64,000 nucleotides of DNA from Oscillospiraceae bacterium (GTDB taxonomy: Bacteria > Bacillota > Clostridia > Oscillospirales > UBA929). Positions 47,551-56,971 of the stretch are shown piece by piece. A model generated the notes under the pieces. The model did not search any database. It worked only from the letters and a program-made list of their open reading frames with translations, and was not told the DNA's origin. Made by a program: the position numbers and the translations under genes. The stretch spans positions 18,292 through 82,291 of the forward strand of contig JAVBTN010000004.1 in NCBI GenBank assembly GCA_031556185.1, given 5' to 3'. Within the stretch, counting starts at the first letter, position 1. Each line of letters opens with the position of its first letter.

Positions 47551-48288
47551 CTATGTCTGCTTGAATTCGGCAATGTGACGGCGGTACTTGAGCGGCACAA
47601 ACTGCTGCTGCAGCCGCAGATTTTTGCGGGCCGGATTGGCAATGGCCACAAAATAAGCCCGCCACATGTCCTCAAAAGCGTCCCCCTGCGGCAGCGCAGG
47701 CAGCGGGTCATCGGGTGAGAGTTCCTGAATGAGCCACTCGTCGGGGGTGGAAAGGAGAGCCAGACGCCGTTTCAAGTCGCGGATGAACAGCCGCTGGTCG
47801 CCAAAACGACTGTGAAAGTGACCGCCCAGCAGCGGCAAGATGCAGTGGTCAGGCTCGATATCGGCGACATATAAGTCGCCCCCGGCATGGACAAGCCGCA
47901 CGTACCCCTTAAAGCGATGCGCCTCATAACAAACCTGCTGCGACAGGCGGCAAAGTCGGTGAACAGGTTCGAGATGCTTCTGCGGCAACGGATCGCGGTT
48001 GGCGGCAAACCCGATGCGTAGCGTTTCGAGCAGCGCGCGTTCCTTGTCGCTGTGGTCGGCCAGATAGGCCGTGTAGGCGACCCCCGGCAGTTCGCTCGAC
48101 AGCCGTTCCATGCCCCGGTTCACGCGCATAGCCTTGACGCTGTCGGTGCTCACGTCCTGCGTGGCAAACAGGCTGGCACCGGGGAAGCGGTCACCGGCAC
48201 ACAACTCGGCTTCGGTGTCCTTGTGGGAGAACACCTGAAAGATGCCGGTTAGCAGTCCCTCCCAACTGCCGTCATACAACCAGATCAT
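47551..48288 (-). CDS. DUF4130 / TIGR03915-type 'probable DNA metabolism' protein
   Basis: Starts MIWLYDGSWEGLLTGIFQVF at ATG 48288, the characteristic N-terminus of this family. Overlaps the upstream radical-SAM gene by 17 nt. Confidence 0.7.
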   Translation of the reverse strand: MIWLYDGSWEGLLTGIFQVFSHKDTEAELCAGDRFPGASLFATQDVSTDSVKAMRVNRGMERLSSELPGVAYTAYLADHSDKERALLETLRIGFAANRDPLPQKHLEPVHRLCRLSQQVCYEAHRFKGYVRLVHAGGDLYVADIEPDHCILPLLGGHFHSRFGDQRLFIRDLKRRLALLSTPDEWLIQELSPDDPLPALPQGDAFEDMWRAYFVAIANPARKNLRLQQQFVPLKYRRHIAEFKQT

Positions 48289-49546
48289 GGGAGGTAAGCA
48301 GCGGCCCGGCCGGATCGAACAGCGAGAGCTGCGTGTCGCTGCGGCGCTCCACCAGCGCCTGACGCAAAAAGGGATTGTCCGGTTGCAGCCGTCCGCCAAA
48401 GCGGCCGTCCGCCGTCAGAAAGAACTGGGCGCGTTTCATCACAACGCCTAGGCGGCGCAGATGCTCCAATGTCAGCCGAGACTGCCTGCGCGCCCCGACA
48501 ATGCGGCGGGCGGATGTGACACCGAGCCCCGGAACACGCAGCAGGGTCTCGTATGGCGCGGTGTTGACCTCAACGGGGAATTGCTCGGGATGGCGCAGCG
48601 CCCAGCTGCACTTCGGGTCGAGCTCCGGATCCAGTAGGGGAGCGGCCTCGCTGACAATCTCCTCGGGGCTGAAAGCGTACTGCCGGAGAAGAAAGTCGGC
48701 CTGGTAGAGCCGGTGTTCGCGAAGCAAGGGCACTTGGCTGCCGGTGACCGGCAACGCCGGATGCAGGCCCACGGGGATGTAGGCGGAAAAGTAGACGCGC
48801 TTCATCCGGTACTTTTGATAGAGGGCGTGACTCAGGCGCAGTATGGTCAGATCGGTGTCGGGCGTGGCGCCCACAATGAGCTGGGTGGTCTGCCCGGCGG
48901 GGGCAAACTGGGGCGCCGACCGAAAGTGCCGCCTGTCCTCCAGGTACATGGTCTGCGCGCGTTTGATGTAGTTCATCGGCGAAAAAATGGCTGTGGGCGG
49001 CTTTTGCGGCGCCAACAGTTGCAGTGACTGCTCCGATGGCAGCTCCACATTGACGCTGATTCGGTCAGCCAGCCTACCCACGGCGTCAACCAGCCGGTGG
49101 TCGGCGCCGGGGATCACCTTCACATGCACATAGCCGCCAAAACGATACGTCTGACGCAGCAAGGTGAGTGTTTTGATCATCAGCTCCATGGTGCGATCGG
49201 CATTCACCAGCACGCCGGAGCTCAGGAAAAGGCCCTCAATGTAGTTGCGACGGTAAAAAGAAACGGTCAAATCCGCCAGCTCTTCCGGCGAAAACGTCGC
49301 GCGCGGAATGTCGGACGAGCGGCGGTTTTGGCAATAGGCGCAGTCAAAGACGCACGCATTGCTCATGAGCACTTTGAGCAGCGATACACAGCGGCCGTCC
49401 GCCGCCCACGTATGACAGATCCCCGACGACTGGGTGCTGCCCAACTGGCCGGGTGTGCCCACGCGACCGCAGCCGGAGGTTGAGCAGGAGGCGTCAAATT
49501 TGGCGGCGTCGCCAAGAATAGTAAGTTTGTCCATTATATCAGCCAT
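48272..49546 (-). CDS. Putative DNA modification/repair radical SAM protein (TIGR03916-type)
   Basis: N-terminal KLTILGDAAKFDASC. Radical-SAM cluster CVFDCAYC. C-terminal helix-hairpin-helix LLRVPGLGVTSARRIV. Confidence 0.8.
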   Translation of the reverse strand: MADIMDKLTILGDAAKFDASCSTSGCGRVGTPGQLGSTQSSGICHTWAADGRCVSLLKVLMSNACVFDCAYCQNRRSSDIPRATFSPEELADLTVSFYRRNYIEGLFLSSGVLVNADRTMELMIKTLTLLRQTYRFGGYVHVKVIPGADHRLVDAVGRLADRISVNVELPSEQSLQLLAPQKPPTAIFSPMNYIKRAQTMYLEDRRHFRSAPQFAPAGQTTQLIVGATPDTDLTILRLSHALYQKYRMKRVYFSAYIPVGLHPALPVTGSQVPLLREHRLYQADFLLRQYAFSPEEIVSEAAPLLDPELDPKCSWALRHPEQFPVEVNTAPYETLLRVPGLGVTSARRIVGARRQSRLTLEHLRRLGVVMKRAQFFLTADGRFGGRLQPDNPFLRQALVERRSDTQLSLFDPAGPLLTSHDLVV

Positions 49547-49742
49547 TTGTCATTCCTCCTCTGGGTGATGAGAGCAGTATACCATAGACACCGGAAAAAA
49601 GAAACACTTGTTCTAAAAAAATCTGAGATCGTTCTGGAAAACAGATTTAATTACATTGTAACTTTTTTGTTGTTGTAATAAATTTAATATATGTTAATAT
49701 TTACTTAATAATTAGTAGAAAAATGTAAAGGCAGGGAGAAAC

Positions 49743-50822
49743 ATGAAATGGAAAGTGTTCGGACTAATCCTTTGTGCGGCAATGATTTTGAGTCTTTTTG
49801 CTGCGTGTGCAAACAGCCCCGCCCCCATGGACAATGCCGGGAATTCTCAAAATGCTATGAAAAGAATGGATCCGGCGGCAACCCCGTCACTGTCTGACAT
49901 AGACGAGGAAAGCGGAGAAAGCACCGGCGATGGCTTTAGCGCGCCCGCGGAAGCAGAGCCTTCGGAGCAAAATGAGCTGAATATTCTTGCCGATCCCAAT
50001 CGAAAACGCATCCGCATGGGTAACCTGCTCGTGGAAAGCACTTCATTTGACGCCTCTTTGTCCAAACTCAGAACACTTGTCGGCACATTTGGCGGATATG
50101 AGGACAGTTCACAAATCCCTGGCGTGAGCCAGTTCGACGCTTACAGCAAAACCATGCGCACGGCTACGCTGACCGTCCGCGTGCCGGCGGAAAACTTTGA
50201 CAAATTCCTCGACTGCGCCGGAGACCTGGGCAATGTTCTTGAACGCGAGACCAGCTCTGAGGACGTGACAGATCAGTACTTCGACACCGAAGCGCATGTG
50301 GCTATGCTGAAAATGGAGCTCGAAATGCTCAAGACAGAGTTTGAGAAGTCAACGAAAATGGAGGACAGCATCAAACTTCTTGATCGAATAACGGGCGTGC
50401 AATATGAGATTGAAAAACTGACCGGTACCCTGAAAAAGTACGATGGACTGGTGAAATACAGCACCATCCATGTGGTAATTAGGGAAGTGCTTGCCGTTAC
50501 ACCGGCAGAGCATCCCACAGTGCCACCCAAGACATTTGGCGAACGCTTGTCCAATGCGTTCACAGACGCTGTCGTCCGTGTCAAAGAGGGGGGCGCTTCC
50601 TTCCTGGTGTTCCTGGCCGGGGCGGCGCCGTCGATCTTGATTTGGGGCATCGTCATTTTCCTGGTTGTTTGGCTGATCCGAAAAATCGTTCAAAAAAGCC
50701 GCCGCAGGGTCAAGAAACCCTCTGCCGCGGGCGGCACCGCGGAGCTCAACACACCGCCCTGGAGTCCGAATGAGTCGCCAAATCCAGATGAGCCGCCGCA
50801 CGAAGACAACGACGACAAGTGA
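49743..50822 (+). CDS. DUF4349 domain lipoprotein
   Basis: Lipobox LFAACA. Central coiled-coil region (DVTDQYFDTEAHVAMLKMELEMLK). C-terminal TM plus a charged tail. Confidence 0.65.
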   Translation: MKWKVFGLILCAAMILSLFAACANSPAPMDNAGNSQNAMKRMDPAATPSLSDIDEESGESTGDGFSAPAEAEPSEQNELNILADPNRKRIRMGNLLVESTSFDASLSKLRTLVGTFGGYEDSSQIPGVSQFDAYSKTMRTATLTVRVPAENFDKFLDCAGDLGNVLERETSSEDVTDQYFDTEAHVAMLKMELEMLKTEFEKSTKMEDSIKLLDRITGVQYEIEKLTGTLKKYDGLVKYSTIHVVIREVLAVTPAEHPTVPPKTFGERLSNAFTDAVVRVKEGGASFLVFLAGAAPSILIWGIVIFLVVWLIRKIVQKSRRRVKKPSAAGGTAELNTPPWSPNESPNPDEPPHEDNDDK

Positions 50823-50902
50823 GCTGAGGCTTGCCTGATGCCCGTCCTCCCCAATGGTTTTTGTCGGTATACGATCCTATCATGACACCCCCATATGTTT
50901 TG

Positions 50903-50941
50903 CCCCGGATGTCGCAGCAGCGGCATTCGGGGTACTTTTTT
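50903..50941 (+). terminator. Intrinsic terminator after the DUF4349 gene
   Basis: Long imperfect stem spanning 50903-50932, followed by T6. Confidence 0.75.
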
Positions 50942-51007
50942 GCGCTCGGCCGCGCTCTTATTTTTTTAGATACTCTATTAGAAAAAATAATTTATTATTA
51001 ATATACA

Positions 51008-51034
51008 TTGACAGGCGAAGTATATTGTGATAAT
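51008..51034 (+). promoter_or_regulatory. Putative promoter of the padR cassette
   Basis: TTGACA (51008-51013), then GATAAT at 51029-51034. The 15-nt spacer is sub-optimal. Confidence 0.35.
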
Positions 51035-51066
51035 GTTTGCTTACGACATAGAGAGGAGGCGTTACC

Positions 51067-51426
51067 ATGTCCATTGCCTCAGACATGTTGCGCGGAAATA
51101 CCGAGATGATCATTCTGGCGCATCTGATGAAGAAAGAGAGCTACGGATATGAAATCAACAAACACATTCAACTCAAGTCCAGCCACCAGTTTGAACTCAA
51201 GGAGGCCACGCTGTATGGCGCCTTTCGGCGGCTGGAGGAGGCCGGGCATGTTTCCTTCTACTGGGGAGACGAGCAGACCGGCGCACGCCGTAGGTACTAC
51301 CGCATCACGGCGGGCGGACGGGTGGCGTATGAGCGCTATCGGAGCGAGTGGAATGAGGCGGTGGCTGTGATCACGACCCTGATTGCACAGGATGAGGTTG
51401 AGAAGGAGGATGGCACACATGCGTGA
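51067..51426 (+). CDS. PadR family transcriptional regulator
   Basis: Winged-helix region EMIILAHLMKKESYGYEI ... ATLYGAFRRLEEAG ... RRYYRIT. Confidence 0.85.
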   Translation: MSIASDMLRGNTEMIILAHLMKKESYGYEINKHIQLKSSHQFELKEATLYGAFRRLEEAGHVSFYWGDEQTGARRRYYRITAGGRVAYERYRSEWNEAVAVITTLIAQDEVEKEDGTHA

Positions 51427-52237
51427 CAGAATTGAAAACGAGATCAACCATCTTTTCAGGAACGCGCCGTCAACCCGGCGGGTGAGAGAGGCACACGAGG
51501 AGCTTTTGGCCGGGTGCCTTGACAAGTATGAAGATTTGGTGGCCTCGGGCGAGTCGCCCGAAGAGGCGTACCGGATTGTCATCGAGGGCATCGGGGACGT
51601 GGATGAGCTCGTGCGGACGCTGGAGGATCTTGACGCCTTTAAACCTCAGGACGTTTTGCGGCAAAAAAACAAACGTGTCCTGTGTCTTTGCATCGGCATT
51701 TTTTTGGGCGTCATCGCTCTGGCATTTGCCGGCATACTGCAAGGCGTTCTCAATGACAATCTTCTCGGCGGCATCTTTCTCCTGATTATGGGAACAGCCG
51801 CCGTTGTGGTAGTGTATGGGTATATGACGACGAGTGTCAAATTTGAAAAACAGGAGGACACAATGACGGAAGAGTTTAAGGAAAAACTCGTCCGCGGGAC
51901 GCCGCAAGACAAATTGCTGTCGGCGATTTCGTCAGCGCTTTGGTCTTTTATTGTGATTGTCTTCCTGTGTGCGGGACTGTTTTTTGAGCTATGGCACCCC
52001 GCGTGGATGATTTTTCCAATTGGGTTATGCATACAGCTGGCCATCACAGCTCTCTTCAAGTGGAAAGACGACCGAAAAAAGATGCTGTCCTATTTCTTTT
52101 GGCTGCTGATAATTGTCGTCTATCTGCTGGCCAGCATCATCACCGGACGATGGGGCATCACATGGATGTTGTTTCCGCTTGGCATATGTATTCGTCAGCT
52201 TGTCAAGCTCCTTGACATGTGGAGGTCATACAAATGA
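51419..52237 (+). CDS. Membrane protein with a PadR-associated N-terminal helical domain (DUF1700-like) and about 6 TM segments
   Basis: 8-nt overlap with padR. N-terminal EINHLFRNAPSTRRVREAHEELLAGCLDKYEDLVASGESPEEAY, followed by hydrophobic segments. Confidence 0.6.
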   Translation: MRDRIENEINHLFRNAPSTRRVREAHEELLAGCLDKYEDLVASGESPEEAYRIVIEGIGDVDELVRTLEDLDAFKPQDVLRQKNKRVLCLCIGIFLGVIALAFAGILQGVLNDNLLGGIFLLIMGTAAVVVVYGYMTTSVKFEKQEDTMTEEFKEKLVRGTPQDKLLSAISSALWSFIVIVFLCAGLFFELWHPAWMIFPIGLCIQLAITALFKWKDDRKKMLSYFFWLLIIVVYLLASIITGRWGITWMLFPLGICIRQLVKLLDMWRSYK

Positions 52238-53292
52238 AAAAGGCATTGATGGGCGGAATCATTTTATGGAGCATTCTCATTTTATCCGGCATTGGGTTTA
52301 TGGTTTATCTGTTTGTGTCGGGCGCAGGAACCATCTTCGAATGGGGGGGTAAGGACTGGGGCGGACAGACGGCGTTGGTGAAAGAAGAGCGGTTTTCTGT
52401 GCGATCACTGGCGGGGCTTGAGATTGAAACGGTCTACGAAAACATTGACATCCAATTGGTTGATGGTGACACCATTACTGTTCGACAGTATGGGCAGCCC
52501 GACAGGGATGTATTGTTTACCTCCTCAGTGACAAACACCGGTGGAGAAGAGCGGCTGACCATCGGTATCAACAACAAAAGATTTCAGTGGTTTTCCTGGT
52601 CACCTTCAAACAGACTAAAGCGACTGGAGGTCGACGTACCGGACCAATACGCCGGCGACGTTATATTGACTGCCGTGAGTGGTTCGATCTCGATACGTCA
52701 GCAGCCCAGTTGGAATCAGGTGAGTGTCAGGACTACATCAGGCGACCTTCAACTGCCGAAAGGAATTGCGGGACAGGATGCCGTCCTTCGTTCCATCAGC
52801 GGAGACATCTTTCTGGGCGACAGTACTGTAAAGACGCTTTCCGCCGAGACCACGTCAGGCGGCATTGAAGTAGGCGCGGTGCAGGCCGAGGGGATGGCGT
52901 CGCTCAATTCAGTTTCCGGCGACATCTCGGCAGCGTCATTGATGTGCAAACAGTTCAAATGCAACACGTTGTCGGGGACGTTCATAGCGCGGCGGATGTC
53001 TGGCGAGGGCATCATCAAGACAGTGTCCGGCGATATCCAGGCGGGAAACTTGGCCATTCTCGGCCCAACGGACGTTTCGAGCACGTCCGGGCGTGTTACC
53101 ATGCAGATGACGCCGGGCCAGTCATTTGAGGCTAATTTTTCAAGCCTGAGCGGCGATATAACCTCTGAGGTGCCGATGGTGACAACCGGATCCAAATCCG
53201 CCGGTATTGTCGGATCTGGCGGCCCCCGGCTCAACGTGAAGACTGTGTCCGGTGACATCCATATCACGGAAGACGCCCAGTTGGGCGACTGA
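52234..53292 (+). CDS. DUF4097 family beta-strand-repeat protein
   Basis: ATGA overlap with the upstream gene. N-terminal TM. About 10 repeats of the (V/T/L)SG(D/S)I motif at ~20-aa spacing. Confidence 0.65.
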   Translation: MKKALMGGIILWSILILSGIGFMVYLFVSGAGTIFEWGGKDWGGQTALVKEERFSVRSLAGLEIETVYENIDIQLVDGDTITVRQYGQPDRDVLFTSSVTNTGGEERLTIGINNKRFQWFSWSPSNRLKRLEVDVPDQYAGDVILTAVSGSISIRQQPSWNQVSVRTTSGDLQLPKGIAGQDAVLRSISGDIFLGDSTVKTLSAETTSGGIEVGAVQAEGMASLNSVSGDISAASLMCKQFKCNTLSGTFIARRMSGEGIIKTVSGDIQAGNLAILGPTDVSSTSGRVTMQMTPGQSFEANFSSLSGDITSEVPMVTTGSKSAGIVGSGGPRLNVKTVSGDIHITEDAQLGD

Positions 53293-53303
53293 GCAGACGC
53301 CTT

Positions 53304-53348
53304 AAAAAGCGCCCCGCAGGACTCAATCGGCGAGTCATGCGGGGCGCT
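53304..53348. terminator. Bidirectional intrinsic terminator
   Basis: 11-bp stem agcgccccgca / tgcggggcgct, flanked by an A-run and T-rich sequence, between convergent genes. Confidence 0.75.
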
Positions 53349-53370
53349 GTCATTTGTTTAACGGTGCAGA

Positions 53371-54360
53371 TTATTCCAAATAGCCGTCGGGATGGCTATT
53401 ATGCCATTGCCAAGCGGATGCGACGATCTCATCTATGTCGGTGTGACGAGGCACCCAGCGTAGGCGCTGTCTCGCTTTTTCTCCCGAGGCGATGAGAACG
53501 GCAGGATCGCCGCTGCGCCGCGGGCCCATATGTATCTCAATGGGTAAACCGGTCACGCGGCGGGCTGACTCAATAATTTCCATAACGGAGAAACCCTTGC
53601 CGATGCCCAGGTTGAAGGCATCGGTCTGGCCGCCGTTTTGCATGTAGTCGAGGGCGCGTATGTGTGCGTCAATGAGATCCTCCATATGGATATAGTCTCT
53701 CAAACAGGTGCCGTCCGGCGTGTCGTAGTCGTTGCCGTAGACGGTGATGCGTTCGCGTTTGCCCAGCGCGACCGACAAAACCAGCGGAATGAGATGCGTC
53801 TCCGGCCGGTGGTCTTCTCCGATGGAGCCTCCGGTCCAGGCGCCTGCCACGTTGAAATAACGAAGCGCCACGGAACGGATACCGTAAGCAACGTCGTACC
53901 AGCGCAGTGCTTTTTCCATCATCAGCTTGCTTTCCCCATAAGGATTCGTGGGCACCTGCGGCGTGTCCTCGGTGATGGGTATCTGCTGTGGCTGCCCATA
54001 GGTGGCCGCAGTGGACGAAAAGATGATGGGAATGTTGCCGTGACGGCGTACCTCCTCAAGCAGCGTCACAGTGCCTGCCAGGTTGTTGAGAAAGTATTTC
54101 CCCGGGTTTTCCATGCTCTCACCCACCAATGAAAAAGCGGCAAAATGCATGATGGAGTCAATATTCTCTTTTTCGAAAATGCGGGCCAAACAGGCTGTGT
54201 CACTCAACGAGCCCTCGTATAGGCGTGCGCCCTCGGCGAGCGACGCGCGATGCCCTTTTGACAAGTCGTCGATGACGACGACGTCGCGCCCCATCCCGCG
54301 CAGTGTGGCCACGCAATGGCTGCCAACGTAGCCGGCGCCTCCTGTCACCAGAATAGACAT
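53371..54360 (-). CDS. galE: UDP-glucose 4-epimerase
   Basis: Motifs ILVTGGAGYVGSH and YGESKLMME (YxxxK). 329 aa. Confidence 0.9.
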   Translation of the reverse strand: MSILVTGGAGYVGSHCVATLRGMGRDVVVIDDLSKGHRASLAEGARLYEGSLSDTACLARIFEKENIDSIMHFAAFSLVGESMENPGKYFLNNLAGTVTLLEEVRRHGNIPIIFSSTAATYGQPQQIPITEDTPQVPTNPYGESKLMMEKALRWYDVAYGIRSVALRYFNVAGAWTGGSIGEDHRPETHLIPLVLSVALGKRERITVYGNDYDTPDGTCLRDYIHMEDLIDAHIRALDYMQNGGQTDAFNLGIGKGFSVMEIIESARRVTGLPIEIHMGPRRSGDPAVLIASGEKARQRLRWVPRHTDIDEIVASAWQWHNSHPDGYLE

Positions 54361-54388
54361 AGATCATTCCTCCTCAAAACATATTTCG

Positions 54389-55663
54389 TTAGAACACCAG
54401 CTGCGTACTGCCAACGGAGCGAATTTCCAATGTTTGGCATGAACCATCGCCAAACAGACCATCCATGGCCTGTACGTAGCGCTCCAATTTGCACTGCGGC
54501 ACAAAGGCCTGAATGGTACCGGCGAATCCGCCGCCGTGCACGCGAAATGCGCCCTCACTCTGCAGGATATGATCACTCAGACAGAGCGCCAGGGAAAGAC
54601 CCTGCGTGTCCGCCTGCGGATACACGTTTTGTAAGTACATAAATGATGACTGACCCGACGCGCGCACCAGAGACAAAAAGGCGTCAAATCGATTGTCACC
54701 GAGCGCCTCCATCTGATGTTTCACGCGCTCATTGTCGGCAAAAAAATGAGCCGCTCGCAACAACGGCCTGTCGCCCACTCGCGCCCGCAGCGCGTTCCAT
54801 GAGCGCCAAAACAGATCCTCGTCGACCTCACGCAGGCATCCCACCCCGAGGGCGCCCGCCACCGCACGCATATCGTTAGGGACAGAGGCATATGCATCCG
54901 TCAAATCAGCGTGGCTGCCACCAGCATTGACAATGCATAGATGGTGACCACTTTTGGAAATATCGCAAAAAACCTGCTGAATATCGGGATTGTCCATATT
55001 TGAGAAATCGATGCCGATCAAACCGCCGGTGGCGCAGGCGAGCTGATCCATCAGGCCGCACGGCTTGCCAAAAAACTCATTTTCCGCTTGGCGAGCCAAT
55101 ATCGACAGTTCAAGTGGCGTCAACCGCCCTTCATTGAAGAGCTGATTGAAAATTTGCCCCAGCAGCACCTCAAACGCCGCCGAAGAGGACAGGCCGGAGC
55201 CGGTCAACACGTCGGAGGTGGTGTAGATATCCAGTCCGCCCAACTGATAGCCCCTTTGTACAAACAACGCACACAGGCCGCGCACAAGCGCGTTGGATCG
55301 ACCGCGCTCGGATGGCATGCACGCGAGATCGTCCAGGCAGACCATATTGGGATTGTGACCCTCAGAGTAAATTCTGACGGTGTCGTCCTCGTTTTTTGAG
55401 ACTACGGCCAGGATGTCCAAATTGACGGCACCCGCCAGCACACTACCGTGATTGTGGTCGGTGTGGTTGCCGCCAATTTCTGTGCGACCCGGGCCGGAGA
55501 ACAGCAACAGGTCGCGTCCCTGCCCAAACAGCGACGCAAACGACTCGATCGCCTGTGGGATGCGGTCGTATTGGAGCCCGGCGCGACGACCGTACAGCGT
55601 CGACAATTGCGCGTCCAGCGCGCCCGCCGACAGCGCTTGAAGCCATGTTTCTTTTGTTGGCAT
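54389..55663 (-). CDS. galK: Galactokinase
   Basis: ATG 55663 follows GGAGGTG. Motif GRTEIGGNHTDHNHG. GHMP motif GSGLSSSAAFE. Confidence 0.85.
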   Translation of the reverse strand: MPTKETWLQALSAGALDAQLSTLYGRRAGLQYDRIPQAIESFASLFGQGRDLLLFSGPGRTEIGGNHTDHNHGSVLAGAVNLDILAVVSKNEDDTVRIYSEGHNPNMVCLDDLACMPSERGRSNALVRGLCALFVQRGYQLGGLDIYTTSDVLTGSGLSSSAAFEVLLGQIFNQLFNEGRLTPLELSILARQAENEFFGKPCGLMDQLACATGGLIGIDFSNMDNPDIQQVFCDISKSGHHLCIVNAGGSHADLTDAYASVPNDMRAVAGALGVGCLREVDEDLFWRSWNALRARVGDRPLLRAAHFFADNERVKHQMEALGDNRFDAFLSLVRASGQSSFMYLQNVYPQADTQGLSLALCLSDHILQSEGAFRVHGGGFAGTIQAFVPQCKLERYVQAMDGLFGDGSCQTLEIRSVGSTQLVF

Positions 55664-55735
55664 GGGGGACACCTCCTGCGTGTAATCAGAATGACCGCAT
55701 CGACATTGCCAACCGCGTGGCCCAAGCATACAGGC

Positions 55736-56971
55736 TTATCCCCAGATGTCTTTGAGAACCTTCTTCTTGCGTGTTTTGCGCCGGGTGGAGGAGCCCTCAT
55801 GCAGGCGGCACAGCGCCTGATAGCGCGCCCAAGCCATGTCCGCCGTTTCTTCCCAGGAGTGGTACAGTGTGCGTTGCGCCTCCAAACCAACGCGCTTGAG
55901 GGCCTGACTGTCTGCCAGCACGCGGCGGATATTGTAAGCGACGGACAGCGCCGTCTCCTCCGTCAAAAAACCGTTGACGCCGTCCTCGACGTGTTCGGCA
56001 GCGCAGCTGCCCTCCAGCAGCAGGCTGGGACAAGCGCAAGCCGCCGCCTCCTGCACAACAATCCCTGCGGTGTCAAAAGCGGAAGGAAAGACAAAGAGAT
56101 CCGCCGCACTGTAAAAAGCGCGCAACAGCTGACGGTCTGAAATGCGACCGGCGAAATGTACGCACTCATCCAAACCCAACTCGGTCGTGCGCTTTTTGAT
56201 CTGGGCGGCGTCCACGCCGGCGCCCACAAACACCATCTGAAACGGCAGTTGTTGCTCGTGCAACACCGACAGCGCATTGAGAATGAGTCCAATGTTTTTG
56301 TACCACATCATGCGTCCTACAAAAAGAAGCACCGGACCCGGGCGATCCCCCAACAGTTGACGAACCTGTTCCGCGTGCTCCGCCCCAACCGGTCCGTCCG
56401 GCAGATCGCAACCGTTTTCCATGATGAAGCACTCGCCCTGAAATCCCATGGAAGCCAAGTCGTCGGCAGCGCCCTGGCTGACCGCCCAGACCTCGTCGGC
56501 TGACTCGAATTGCTCAACAATCAGGCGGCAGGCGATGTTGCTCAGCCACCTGAACTTGAGATACTTGATAACGTCGATGGAATACTTGGTGTGATAGGTC
56601 ATGACCACCGGCACCGGCATGTGCTTCTTCAGCCGCCGACCGAGAATGGACGCTGCAAAGGGGCTGTGCACATGCAAAAGGTCCGGCTGCAGCGCGGCCA
56701 CATTGCGAACGATCTTTCTGCCAAACGGCAGGCCGATGCGGTATTCAAACGTCTTGCCTGCACCGATGGCGGGGATGCGCAAAACCGGATAGGGTTTTTC
56801 TTTGTCCAAACTGCTGGGGTGCCGATTGGTAACCACAAAACACCCACCCTGGTGCGCATGCCCCATGCGGGCATAGTTCTCAACCACACTGGATACGCCG
56901 TCAATAATCGGCGGGAAGGCGTCGCTCAGTTGTCCCACTACAATTGTCTCGCGCTGAGAGTTGTTATTCAT
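55736..56971 (-). CDS. Glycosyltransferase family 4 (GT-B fold)
   Basis: C-terminal FVFPSAFDTAGIVVQEAAACACP ... DGVNGFL. ATG 56971 overlaps the upstream stop (ATGA). Confidence 0.8.
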   Translation of the reverse strand: MNNNSQRETIVVGQLSDAFPPIIDGVSSVVENYARMGHAHQGGCFVVTNRHPSSLDKEKPYPVLRIPAIGAGKTFEYRIGLPFGRKIVRNVAALQPDLLHVHSPFAASILGRRLKKHMPVPVVMTYHTKYSIDVIKYLKFRWLSNIACRLIVEQFESADEVWAVSQGAADDLASMGFQGECFIMENGCDLPDGPVGAEHAEQVRQLLGDRPGPVLLFVGRMMWYKNIGLILNALSVLHEQQLPFQMVFVGAGVDAAQIKKRTTELGLDECVHFAGRISDRQLLRAFYSAADLFVFPSAFDTAGIVVQEAAACACPSLLLEGSCAAEHVEDGVNGFLTEETALSVAYNIRRVLADSQALKRVGLEAQRTLYHSWEETADMAWARYQALCRLHEGSSTRRKTRKKKVLKDIWG

